NCBI GenBank assembly: GCA_052139855.1
Contig: JBKQVS010000155.1
Location: 2,183 to 66,182 of the forward strand
Length of the DNA: 64,000 nucleotides
Source of the DNA: Desulfobaccales bacterium
GTDB taxonomy: Bacteria > Desulfobacterota > Desulfobaccia > Desulfobaccales > 0-14-0-80-60-11
Direction: 5' to 3'
Shown: piece after piece, positions 40,559 to 49,399 of the stretch
How the letters are laid out: every line of letters begins with the position of its first letter
How positions within the stretch are numbered: the stretch's first letter is position 1
Notes under the pieces: model-generated
The model's input: the letters and a program-made list of their open reading frames with translations, nothing else
The model's database searches: none
What the model was told of the DNA's origin: nothing
Position numbers and translations under genes: made by a program

Positions 40559-41026
40559 ATGCCTGAATATCGCATCGGGGTGATCTCCGATACCCACGGA
40601 TTGTTGCGCCCCCAGTCGCTGGCCGCCCTGAGCGGCGTGGAACTCATCATCCACGCCGGCGACATCGGTGACCCGCGCATCTTACGTCAACTGGAACGCC
40701 TCGCCCCGGTGCATGCGGTCCGGGGCAACATTGACCGGGGCGACTGGGCCGCCGATCTGCCTCTCAACCGGGTGGTGGAGGTGGGGGGCATCCACCTCTA
40801 TGTCCTCCACGAACTCTTCTGTCTCGACCTGGACCCCGCCGCGGCCGGCTTCGTCGCGGTCATCTTCGGCCACTCCCACTCTCCCCACCTGGAGCGCAAA
40901 AACGGCGTCCTCTACCTCAACCCCGGCAGCTCCGGCCCCAAGCGCTTTACCCTGCCGGTCACCCTGGCGCGACTTACCGTGCAGGGCCTCTCCCTCCACG
41001 CGGAACTTATTGAATTGAAGGTCTGA
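40559..41026 (+). CDS. YfcE/MJ0936-family metallophosphoesterase
   Basis: 155 aa. Motifs ISDTHG, HAGDIGD, GNID and GHSH are present. Confidence 0.8.
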   Translation: MPEYRIGVISDTHGLLRPQSLAALSGVELIIHAGDIGDPRILRQLERLAPVHAVRGNIDRGDWAADLPLNRVVEVGGIHLYVLHELFCLDLDPAAAGFVAVIFGHSHSPHLERKNGVLYLNPGSSGPKRFTLPVTLARLTVQGLSLHAELIELKV

Positions 41027-41030
41027 ATCC

Positions 41031-41336
41031 TCACCCGCCGACGTAGCCCCCGGCAATATGCGTGGCATCCCACCAGTTGATCTTTTCCCGGAGTTGCTCT
41101 TTCAGTTCTTCGATCTCCATCTTGGCCTTGCTCCAGTCGGCCGGGCATTCCGTCATCAGCCGGTCGATTCTCCGGCTCAGATCACCCACCATGATATGGA
41201 GTTCCGAGGTCTGGGGCCTGATTTTGGCCCTGGATTCAACCGGCATTTGGTCGATCACCCGCAGGATATCGTAAACCCGCGCCTTCATTCCGGTCAACTC
41301 CGCATACATGGATTCACAGTAATATTTAGGATCCAT
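41031..41336 (-). CDS. Hypothetical protein
   Basis: 101-aa ORF with helical, non-repetitive composition. No motif recognised. Confidence 0.45.
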   Translation of the reverse strand: MDPKYYCESMYAELTGMKARVYDILRVIDQMPVESRAKIRPQTSELHIMVGDLSRRIDRLMTECPADWSKAKMEIEELKEQLREKINWWDATHIAGGYVGG

Positions 41337-41512
41337 TTTTATAACCCCTTTGTGCTCTTGTTATTTTTAAAGCTAGTCCAGGTCAACGTCATTGTCAATG
41401 GCCTTCATTGCCTATATAATGCCCATTCATAGCCCAACCCGCCGGGGACCGGCATGATTACTCCGGAAGTAAGGAGTAATGGTCCCGGACGCACTCGGGA
41501 TTGAGACCATCT

Positions 41513-43495
41513 ATGACCCCTAAACGCCCCGTCTACCCCTTCTCGGCCCTGGTGGGCCAGGAGCGCCTCAAGCAGGCCCTCATCCTCAACGCGGTCAATC
41601 CCCTCATCGGCGGGGTGTTGATCCGGGGTGAGAAGGGCACGGCCAAGTCCACCGCGGCCCGGGGCCTGGCGGAGCTTTTGCCCCCCATTGCTAGGGTGGC
41701 GGGCTGTCCGTTTCACTGCCACCCGGAGTTGACCGAGCTCATGTGCGACGCCTGCCGCAAGCGCCGGGCCCAGGGCGAGGTCCTGCCCCGCCGGGACCGG
41801 CCCATGGTGGTGGTGGATCTGCCCCTGGGCACCACCGAGGACCGGCTTTTGGGCACCATCGATCTGGAACGCGCCATCAAAAGCGGCGAGAAGCATTTTG
41901 AGCCGGGTCTGCTTGCCGCGGCCAACCGCGGCATTCTGTACGTCGATGAAGTGAACCTGCTGGACGACCACCTGGTGGACGTGCTCCTGGACGCTGCGGC
42001 CATGGGGGTCAACGTGGTGGAGCGCGAGGGGATTTCCTTCGCCCACCCGGCCCGCTTCATCCTGGTGGGCACCATGAACCCCGAAGAGGGCGAGCTCCGG
42101 CCCCAGCTCCTGGACCGCTTCGGGTTATGCGTCGAAGTCACCGGTCTCAGCCATCTCGAGGCCCGCATGGCCGTGGTGGAGCGCCGCCTGGCCTTTGAGG
42201 CCGACCCCGATAGTTTTGCCGCCCACTGGCAGGGTGAGCAGCAAATCATCCGTCAGGCCATTTTGGACGCCCGGGAGCGCCTGCCCCGGGTGAGCTTCTC
42301 AACCGATCTCCTGCGGCTCATTACCGCCATCTGTGTGGACCAGGGCGTCGACGGCCACCGGGCCGACATCTTCATGCTCAAAGTGGCCCAAACCCTGGCC
42401 GCCTACCGCGGCCGGGAGGAAGTGAGCCCCCCGGACGTCCGCCAGGCCGCGTCCCTGGTCTTGCCCCACCGCCTGCGCCGCCAACCCTTCAGCGAATCCG
42501 AAATGGACGAAAACCGGCTGGAGGAAACTTTCCGCAAGCACGCCGAAGAGGTTGCCTCACCCCGCGCCGCGCCGCCCCCGTCTCAACCGGGAGACGCCGC
42601 CGCCGAGGGGGAGGAGGCGGTTTTGGTCGCTGAAACCACGGTGGCGCCGGGGGCCACCTTTCCGGTGCGGCCCTTGGAGTTACCCCCCGACCGCCAGGCC
42701 AAAAAGGCCCCGGGGTCCCGCACCCGGGCCCGGAGCGATGATCACACCGGCCGCTATGTGCGTCCCACCCTGGTCCGTTCCCCCATTCCCGATCTGGCCA
42801 TTGACGCCACCCTAAGGGCCGCGGCCCCTTACCAAAGGCTGAGGCAACGCGGCAACCTGGCCCTGGCCATCCGTGAGCCTGACCTGCGCTACAAGGTGCG
42901 GGAGAAGCGCATCGGTCGGAATATCCTGTTCGTAGTGGACGCCTCCGGCTCCATGGGCGCGGCTGAACGCCTGGCCGAAACCAAGGCCGCGATCCTGTCG
43001 CTCTTGATCGACGCCTACCAGAAGCGGGAGCGGGTGGGGCTCATCGTCTTCAGGGGCCGCGAGGCCCGGGTGGCGCTGCCTTTTACCCATAGCGTCGAGA
43101 TGGCCCAACGGTATCTGACGCACCTGCCCACCGGCGGCAAGACCCCCCTGCCCCATGCCCTTTTCCTGGCCCGGGAACTGCTGCGCCAGGAAAAAGCCCG
43201 GCATCCCCGGGACGCCTTTCTCCTGGTCCTCATCACCGACGGCCGGGCCAACCTCAGCCTCAGGCAGGGGAAAAGGCCCATGGAGGAAGTCAAAGAGCTG
43301 GCCGGGCAGCTCGGGTCCATGGGGATTAACGCCCTGGTGCTGGACACGGAGCGCTTTGCCCCCTGCCTCGACCTGGGCTGTCTGCCGGAGCTGAGCCGGC
43401 TCATGGGGGGCCGGTACCATTCGGTGCAGAGCCTGCGGGCCCCGGAGGTCGTGGCCCGTATCACCGCCGCCTTGGGCGATGCCGCGGCCCCATAA
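41513..43495 (+). CDS. Fused ChlI/BchI-type AAA+ ATPase and ChlD/BchD-type VWA protein (chelatase ATPase component)
   Basis: The N-terminus YPFSALVGQE..K.AL.L is present, with Walker A GEKGTAKS and Walker B ILYVDEVNLL. A Pro-rich linker leads to a VWA domain with MIDAS (VVDASGSM). The likely start is ATG 41513. Confidence 0.8.
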   Translation: MTPKRPVYPFSALVGQERLKQALILNAVNPLIGGVLIRGEKGTAKSTAARGLAELLPPIARVAGCPFHCHPELTELMCDACRKRRAQGEVLPRRDRPMVVVDLPLGTTEDRLLGTIDLERAIKSGEKHFEPGLLAAANRGILYVDEVNLLDDHLVDVLLDAAAMGVNVVEREGISFAHPARFILVGTMNPEEGELRPQLLDRFGLCVEVTGLSHLEARMAVVERRLAFEADPDSFAAHWQGEQQIIRQAILDARERLPRVSFSTDLLRLITAICVDQGVDGHRADIFMLKVAQTLAAYRGREEVSPPDVRQAASLVLPHRLRRQPFSESEMDENRLEETFRKHAEEVASPRAAPPPSQPGDAAAEGEEAVLVAETTVAPGATFPVRPLELPPDRQAKKAPGSRTRARSDDHTGRYVRPTLVRSPIPDLAIDATLRAAAPYQRLRQRGNLALAIREPDLRYKVREKRIGRNILFVVDASGSMGAAERLAETKAAILSLLIDAYQKRERVGLIVFRGREARVALPFTHSVEMAQRYLTHLPTGGKTPLPHALFLARELLRQEKARHPRDAFLLVLITDGRANLSLRQGKRPMEEVKELAGQLGSMGINALVLDTERFAPCLDLGCLPELSRLMGGRYHSVQSLRAPEVVARITAALGDAAAP

Positions 43496-43684
43496 AGGAG
43501 GCGCGCCGCTGCCGCCAATCCACTTCACCTTAACGAACCATTGACAATGAACGCCGGTTAAGCTACAGGATAAATACACCTCGCCCGCCGGTCGGCTGGA
43601 CGCTGCCTATAAGTCACTATATTGAAATTACAAGGTTTATCAGTTTACCGGCCTGAGGCCGATGGAAAGTAACGGGGACATGTC

Positions 43685-44209
43685 ATGCCGGAACCGCAGC
43701 AAGAATCCTGGCTCAAGCTGGTAGTTCTGACCATCATCATCCTGGCGGCGGCCGCAGGGGTCTCGGCCCTTAAATCAAACGGTTACGCCACCCGGGCGCA
43801 GATTTTTGCCGCCCGGGAGGCCCAGCAATGGCAGGATTACCAGGTGGAAAGCCTCAGAAAGGATAATTTCGGCCTGCACCGGGATATCCTGGCATCCCTG
43901 GGGCTTTCGGAAGGCAAAACCGCCAAGGCCCCAAAGACCGCGACCGCCAGGATCAAGGCCTACGAAGACGAAATGGGCCGCTTGAACCGGGAGAGGGACC
44001 AGATCAAACAGGTGGCCCAATCCCTGGCCGCCCAGGAGGAAGCCCTGGCCCAGAAGGCAGGAGAACTTGGCCTGGCCGTGATGCTCTTCCAACTGGCCAT
44101 CATGAGTTCCGCGGCGGGGGCCCTCACCCGGAAAAAAATCCTGTGGCTGATGGGCCTGGTCCTGGGCCTCTGGGGCCTGGTTTACCTGGTGAAGGATTTG
44201 ATCCTCTGA
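43685..44209 (+). CDS. DUF4337-like membrane protein
   Basis: 174 aa. An N-terminal TM helix is followed by EAQQWQDYQVESLR, a coiled coil and a C-terminal TM pair. It is a paralogue of 44453..45040. Confidence 0.6.
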   Translation: MPEPQQESWLKLVVLTIIILAAAAGVSALKSNGYATRAQIFAAREAQQWQDYQVESLRKDNFGLHRDILASLGLSEGKTAKAPKTATARIKAYEDEMGRLNRERDQIKQVAQSLAAQEEALAQKAGELGLAVMLFQLAIMSSAAGALTRKKILWLMGLVLGLWGLVYLVKDLIL

Positions 44210-44305
44210 GGCAGGTGCGAGTTCACGAGGGTGAGAGCTGGGGATAGTCTTGTGTCCCAGATATATCTTGCAAAAATATTCTCATTTTTTTTAGTGGTTT
44301 TCGTA

Positions 44306-44327
44306 GGGGCGGTGCCCTCACCGCCCC
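44306..44327. repeat. REP-like palindrome GGGGCGGTG-ccct-CACCGCCCC
   Basis: Perfect 9-bp stem between two convergent genes, with no U-tract on either side. Confidence 0.55.
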
Positions 44328-44452
44328 CATAATGGCCTTCGGAATAGGGGCCGGAATTTGCAAGATACTCCCGTAACACGATACTATAGCTTTTGCTGCA
44401 TTTCCGTAAACGCCCCTGCCCCTCCCCATCCCACCGATAAACCTGGCTCCCC

Positions 44453-45040
44453 TTAATGCGACAAAAACGGCAGGTGAACCAACAGGAAAAACCCGTTCAG
44501 GCTCAACAGGCTGCCGAGAATGGCGGCGCCGAGGGCCACCCCGAAAATGGCCCGGGATTGGGACAAAATTGACACGGTGGCCATCACAATGGCGATCTGC
44601 AGCAGGACCTCGGCGAAGTCAAAATAGGGATCTTTGCTGCTGGCCGCATCCCGTTCGTGTTCCAGCTTCCGGGCCGCTTTTTCTATGTCCTGGCGCTCCT
44701 TGCCGTAGCGCTCTTCCTGGGTGGTCATCTCCTTGAGCACAGTTTGATAGCGCTGCCTGATCTCCGGCTTCAAGGTCTCTTTTTCCAGGAGGTCCAGCTC
44801 CAGGCGCATCTTCTGGCCCCGATAGAAATGCTCCCGGCCGGCCTTGGCCTGGTAGTAAGCCCACTGATCGGAAGCCTGCTGCTGCGCCAGGATCATGTCC
44901 TTCATGGCGTTGTTGCCGCCCAGGGAGCTTATGGCCAGGATGACCGCAAAAATCGCGGTGGTGAGCGCCACCCGCCGGGTAAAGGCGTGGACCTTGATTT
45001 CTTCCAATTCTTCGGGCTTGGGCAGTTCAATCTCTTCCAT
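44453..45040 (-). CDS. DUF4337 family membrane protein
   Basis: 195 aa. ...AVILAISSLGGNNAMKDMILAQQQASDQWAYYQAKAGRE... is the hallmark DUF4337 segment, and C-terminal TM helices are present. Confidence 0.65.
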   Translation of the reverse strand: MEEIELPKPEELEEIKVHAFTRRVALTTAIFAVILAISSLGGNNAMKDMILAQQQASDQWAYYQAKAGREHFYRGQKMRLELDLLEKETLKPEIRQRYQTVLKEMTTQEERYGKERQDIEKAARKLEHERDAASSKDPYFDFAEVLLQIAIVMATVSILSQSRAIFGVALGAAILGSLLSLNGFFLLVHLPFLSH

Positions 45041-45060
45041 GCCGGTCTCCCTTCAGGACT

Positions 45061-45243
45061 CTATTTCACAAAAATCTTCATGCCGTCGGCCAACGCCCCG
45101 TCCAGGCCCAGTTCATGGCCCCAGGCATCATAGACTTTGAGACCCGCGCCGATCTCCGCCATCCGGCCGGCGCCAATCAAGGCGTGTTTCACCTGCATCC
45201 CCGGAACCAGATCCACCGGTTTTTCATCAACATATACCCGCAT
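45061..45243 (-). CDS. Small hypothetical protein
   Basis: 60 aa. It starts 2 nt after the stop of the 5'-nucleotidase gene, so it is possibly co-translated. No motif recognised. Confidence 0.35.
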   Translation of the reverse strand: MRVYVDEKPVDLVPGMQVKHALIGAGRMAEIGAGLKVYDAWGHELGLDGALADGMKIFVK

Positions 45244-45244
45244 A

Positions 45245-46783
45245 TCAATCCACAGCTTTGATGCGGCCGTCCACTTGAGGGGCGATGCTTTTCCGTGCCT
45301 GGATCACGCCGATCACCAGGTCCCGCAGCCAGGTGCCGGGGTCATTGTAGGCCAGTTTGCTGCTGGTGAGCGTGCCCCCCAGGTTGCCATAATCGCCGGC
45401 GCTTTTCAGGGCCTCGCCGAAGGCCGTATACCCATCCCCCCCGGCCACCAGAAAATCATTGGTGGCCACCACGTATTCTTTCTGGGGCTCCAGAGGTGCG
45501 CCCCCCACCGTGACCTCCTTAACCCGGGACTCTGCGGGGGCGCTGCGGCTATAGGTAAAGGTGAGCCCCGATACCTGAGGAAATCTGCCGGACGGCTCTT
45601 CCAGCCGGGCCACGCCGTGTTCCAGGGCAGCCTTGAGCTGCGCCCCGGTCAGCCGGATGGCCACCAGATAGTTGTCAAAGGGAAGCGCCGCATAGATGTC
45701 CTTCACTTCGATCTTGCCCTTCGCAATGCTGGTCCTGATGGTTCCGCCGTTGATCAGGGCCACCTCGGCCCCCGCCGCCTCCCGCATGACATCTGCAACA
45801 AAATCCCCCAGGTTGGTTTCCCTTTCCCGTACGTGCTGCCCGTCCAGGTCCACCTGGGTCTCGCCGATGGCCCGATGCAAGAGGGGACCGGCCTGCCCCG
45901 CATAGCGGCTCACAATCTCCTGGACCTGGCAATTTGCCGGGCCGGTGGCGGGGCTGATCTCCTGGAGGGTCCCATCAAACTCCACGACCTTTCCATTTTC
46001 AACCTTAAGGTTCAAAATCCCCAGTGCCTTGGCGTGTTCCCAGGCCTGGACGATGATGGTCTGTCCCACCAACTCGGGTTGGAGCATCTTCGTGTGGGAG
46101 TGGCCGCCGACGATGACATCGATCCCCGGCACCCTGGCGGCCAGTTCTTTGTCCGCCTGGAAGCCGCAGTGCGACAGGACGACGATAATATCGGCCCGGC
46201 CCTTGAGTTCCTTGAGATACTTCTTCACCGCGCTCTCCGGGGTGCTGAAGGTCAGGCCCGCCACATTCCGGGGATGGGTGGTGAAAGGGGTGTCCGGGGT
46301 CACAACCCCGATGATGGCAATTTTGACCCCCTGGAGATTTTTGATCACATAGGCTTTGAGGCCCGGAACCCCTTTGACGTTGGCGCCCAGCACCGGGAAC
46401 CGGGCTTGGGCCACCCTTTCTTTCAAGACCTTGGGGCCGAAATCAAACTCGTGGTTGCCCACCACCATGGCGTCAAACTTCATGGCGTTCATCACGTCGA
46501 TGCTGGATTTCCCCTGAAACAGGTTGGCCCAGCTGTTCCCCTGGATCATATCCCCGCCGGCCAGCAATAAGGACCCTTGTTTCTGGCGAGCCCGGTCCAC
46601 GGCTCCCGCCAGATAAGCGATACCCCCCAGGGGCGGCTCATTAGCCCCTGCTTGATACGGCTCGGCAAAGCCATGAAAATCATTGACATAAAAGATCTGT
46701 AGGGCGACCTGGCCCGCCTGACTCCAGGGCGCCAGGATAAGCAACAGGAGAAGACTGAGTAGAGCGATCCGGAATTTTTTCAT
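45245..46783 (-). CDS. Secreted bifunctional metallophosphatase/5'-nucleotidase (UshA family)
   Basis: 512 aa with a signal peptide. Motifs VNDFHG, GGDMIQG, GNHEFD and GGHSH are present, followed by a C-terminal 5'-nucleotidase domain. Confidence 0.85.
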   Translation of the reverse strand: MKKFRIALLSLLLLLILAPWSQAGQVALQIFYVNDFHGFAEPYQAGANEPPLGGIAYLAGAVDRARQKQGSLLLAGGDMIQGNSWANLFQGKSSIDVMNAMKFDAMVVGNHEFDFGPKVLKERVAQARFPVLGANVKGVPGLKAYVIKNLQGVKIAIIGVVTPDTPFTTHPRNVAGLTFSTPESAVKKYLKELKGRADIIVVLSHCGFQADKELAARVPGIDVIVGGHSHTKMLQPELVGQTIIVQAWEHAKALGILNLKVENGKVVEFDGTLQEISPATGPANCQVQEIVSRYAGQAGPLLHRAIGETQVDLDGQHVRERETNLGDFVADVMREAAGAEVALINGGTIRTSIAKGKIEVKDIYAALPFDNYLVAIRLTGAQLKAALEHGVARLEEPSGRFPQVSGLTFTYSRSAPAESRVKEVTVGGAPLEPQKEYVVATNDFLVAGGDGYTAFGEALKSAGDYGNLGGTLTSSKLAYNDPGTWLRDLVIGVIQARKSIAPQVDGRIKAVD

Positions 46784-46932
46784 GGCAATATTTTAGAGTA
46801 TGGGGAAAACCGCGCAAGGAAAACTTGGCTTGGGAAGTTCAGGGAATATCCGAACGTACCTATTACAAAACTTGTCTGAGGCTCCAAATGTTTTCTGTCA
46901 ACCAATGAAAGATTGGGACCGGAGGTTTTAAG

Positions 46933-46953
46933 TCCCCCTTTCCTAAAGGGGGA
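46933..46953. repeat. REP-like palindrome TCCCCCTTT-cct-AAAGGGGGA
   Basis: Perfect 9-bp stem in the intergenic region, followed by a related partial copy (TTTAGGGGGA). Confidence 0.55.
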
Positions 46954-47037
46954 TTTAGGGGGATTATCAAGCGCTTATTTAATCCCACCTGCCACCCTTG
47001 AGGAAAAAAGGTGTTTCTGAAACAGGCCGCGGGCGCT

Positions 47038-47979
47038 TCAGAGCCGCAGCAGCAATAACTTCGATAAAGAGGGCGCGGCAATCCAAAGGGCTCCGGGGAT
47101 TATGGCCACGTCAAGGGGAGTAAACCCCTCCAACTCCCCCTCCGCTTCCACCCACGCCGGGGGATCGGCGTCAATCGTGACATGGCCGGCGTAAGCCGCG
47201 CTTATCCGGGGATGGTCCAAATGCCGGCCGGCGTAGAGTCTGGGGATCAGGCTCAGTAAATCCAGGCGGCTCAACTTTTCCCCCAGGACCACGTGAAATT
47301 GCCTTGCTTGCGGCGACGCCCCGGGGGTTATCATCAGGCCGCCCCCGAAATAGCGCCCCAGCCCCACGGCCACCAGCATTGCCTCGGTCTTGAAGGGACG
47401 CCCGTCCAACTCCCCAATAATCCGGTGATGCATCAGCCGCCCCAGTTCCTTGAACCCGCCGAGGAAGTAACCAACCTTGCCCGGCAGCCGCAGACGCTGT
47501 TGCCGGAAACTTGCGATGACCCTGGCATCGAACCCTAGCCCCAGGACATTGACGAACACCCGCTGTCGAGGTTGCCCGTCAAACCCCTGAAGCCGAGCCA
47601 ACCCCAGGCTCACCCTGAGGGTGGCCTCCCCCAGGGCGGTAATCACCTTATCCCGGAGGCTCCGCCCCAGGTCAAAACATCGCACGTAATCGCAGCCCGT
47701 GCCGAAGGGGACCACCCCCACGCTGGGCAGCTCCCCCCGGGATTCCCACCATAAGCCGTTCACCACTTCCAGCAGGGTCCCGTCGCCGCCCACCGCCACC
47801 ACCCGCTCAAACCCCTCCCGGCGGGCCCGGGCCGCCAGGCTTTCCGCCTGGCCGGGCGACTCGGTCCACCAGGTGGCCACCCGGGCCCCCGTCTCTCCCA
47901 GGGACGCCAGCAGCCGCGGCCAGTCCCGGCGCGCCCGGCGGTAGCCTGCGGTGGGGTTAACGATGGCCACGGTTTTCAT
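47038..47979 (-). CDS. Diacylglycerol/lipid kinase family protein (YegS/DagK-like)
   Basis: The likely start is MKTVAIVNPTAG (ATG 47979). The signature VAVGGDGTLLEVVNG is present. Confidence 0.8.
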   Translation of the reverse strand: MKTVAIVNPTAGYRRARRDWPRLLASLGETGARVATWWTESPGQAESLAARARREGFERVVAVGGDGTLLEVVNGLWWESRGELPSVGVVPFGTGCDYVRCFDLGRSLRDKVITALGEATLRVSLGLARLQGFDGQPRQRVFVNVLGLGFDARVIASFRQQRLRLPGKVGYFLGGFKELGRLMHHRIIGELDGRPFKTEAMLVAVGLGRYFGGGLMITPGASPQARQFHVVLGEKLSRLDLLSLIPRLYAGRHLDHPRISAAYAGHVTIDADPPAWVEAEGELEGFTPLDVAIIPGALWIAAPSLSKLLLLRL

Positions 47980-48144
47980 AACCTCACCTCTGTGGGGTGG
48001 GAGTCGCTTCGAGATGTTAGGCTGTGCCGGCAGGGGGCGCACCCATTGCGCCCGCCATCCTACCTGCGGCCATCTTAGCAGATTTACGCCCCTGAAGTAG
48101 GAGGAAAAGTATAGCGCAAACCCGCCATTTAAAGGCCGCAGAAA

Positions 48145-48193
48145 GTAGGGTGCGTTTTACGCGCCAAAAAGTGGCGCGTGAAACGCGCCCTAC
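48145..48193. repeat. Long imperfect palindrome of the GTAGGGTGCG REP family (21-nt arms, 7-nt loop)
   Basis: GTAGGGTGCGTTTTACGCGCC-aaaaagt-GGCGCGTGAAACGCGCCCTAC, with 2 G-U positions. It lies 16 nt after the stop of the minus-strand radical SAM gene. Related TAGGGTG(C/G) copies occur at about 38087, 38210 and 38273. Confidence 0.6.
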
Positions 48194-48208
48194 TCGGTAC
48201 CTTTCTCC

Positions 48209-49390
48209 TCAGCTAATCTCGGCGTCGGTGAGGTAGCAGGCGGGGTCCGGGGCCCAGAGGTCCCCGGTGAGGGCTTCGGCCCTGACTCGGAAGTTGCCGC
48301 CGCAAACGTCCAGCCAGGTGCATCCGGCGCAGCGGCCGGTCACAAAGCGCTTCTTGTCTTTGAGGCGGGCCATGAGGGGGTGGGACAGGTCCGTCCAAAT
48401 CCGGCTGAAGGGGCGCTCCCGAACGTTGCCGAAGGACTCGTGGCGCCAGAACTGGTCGGCGTGGACCTGGCCGTCCCAACTGACGCAGCCGATGCCCCGG
48501 CCCGAGCTGTTGCCTTCGTTCATCTTCAGGAGTTTCAGCACTTCCGCGGCCCGGGCCGGGTCTTCCCGGAGCAGCTTCAGATAGATGTAGGGGCCGTCGG
48601 CGTGGTTATCCACCGTCAGCACTTCCACGGCCCGGCCCCCCTCAAACAGCCGCCGGGTGCGGGCGCAGATCAGGTCCACCAGTTCCCGGGTCTGGGCATG
48701 CGTCAGCGCCTCATCCACCAGCTTGCTGCCCCGCCCGGCATAGACCAGATGGTAGAAGCAGATGCGGGGAATGTCATATTCCTCCACCAGATCGAAGATG
48801 GCCGGCACTTCCTGATAATTGAGCCGGCTCACCGTGAAGCGCAGGCCTACCTTGAGACCCATCTCCTGGCAGTTCCGCACCCCGGCCATAGCCGCGGTAA
48901 AGGCCCCGGGCTGTCCCCGGAACCGGTCATGCGTGGCAGCAAGGCCGTCCAGGCTGATGCCCACATAAGACAGGCCCAGGTCTCGCAATTGCCGGGCCTT
49001 CTCCCGGTTGATGAGGGTGCCGTTGGTGGAGATCACCGCCCGCATGCCATGGCTCACCGTCCAATCCACCAGTTCCGGCAGGTCGGGCCGCATCAACGGT
49101 TCCCCCCCGGAAAACAACACCACCGGCACACCCAACTCCTTCAGGTCCTGGAGCAGGGCTATGCCTTCCAGGTGGCTCAGTTCGTCCGGCGCCGCGCCCG
49201 CGGTGGCCTTGGCGTAGCAGTGGAGGCACTTGAGGTTGCACTGCCGGGTGACGTTCCACACCACCACCGGTTTTTTGTCCGACGAAAACTGCAGAAGATG
49301 CGAAGGCAGGTCTTGGGCCCGGCGGTCCCGGTAACGCAGCACATCACCGGCTTCCACCGCACCGCAATAGAGTTTGGAAACTCCGATCAT
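48209..49390 (-). CDS. Radical SAM enzyme of the NirJ/AhbC/AhbD family (alternative heme biosynthesis), second paralogue
   Basis: 393 aa. The N-terminus is KLYCG...VLRY, the cluster motif is CNLKCLHC, and the C-terminal Cys motif is CAGCTWLDVCGG. Confidence 0.7.
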   Translation of the reverse strand: MIGVSKLYCGAVEAGDVLRYRDRRAQDLPSHLLQFSSDKKPVVVWNVTRQCNLKCLHCYAKATAGAAPDELSHLEGIALLQDLKELGVPVVLFSGGEPLMRPDLPELVDWTVSHGMRAVISTNGTLINREKARQLRDLGLSYVGISLDGLAATHDRFRGQPGAFTAAMAGVRNCQEMGLKVGLRFTVSRLNYQEVPAIFDLVEEYDIPRICFYHLVYAGRGSKLVDEALTHAQTRELVDLICARTRRLFEGGRAVEVLTVDNHADGPYIYLKLLREDPARAAEVLKLLKMNEGNSSGRGIGCVSWDGQVHADQFWRHESFGNVRERPFSRIWTDLSHPLMARLKDKKRFVTGRCAGCTWLDVCGGNFRVRAEALTGDLWAPDPACYLTDAEIS

Positions 49391-49399
49391 GGGGGCAGC

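Noticed and set aside
41031-41033. TGA stop of the 101-aa hypothetical gene, checked as a possible second Sec codon. Stops of other small ORFs were checked as well.
   Set aside because: Read-through adds only 7 codons before a TAA. There is no paralogue with Cys at that position and no downstream hairpin.
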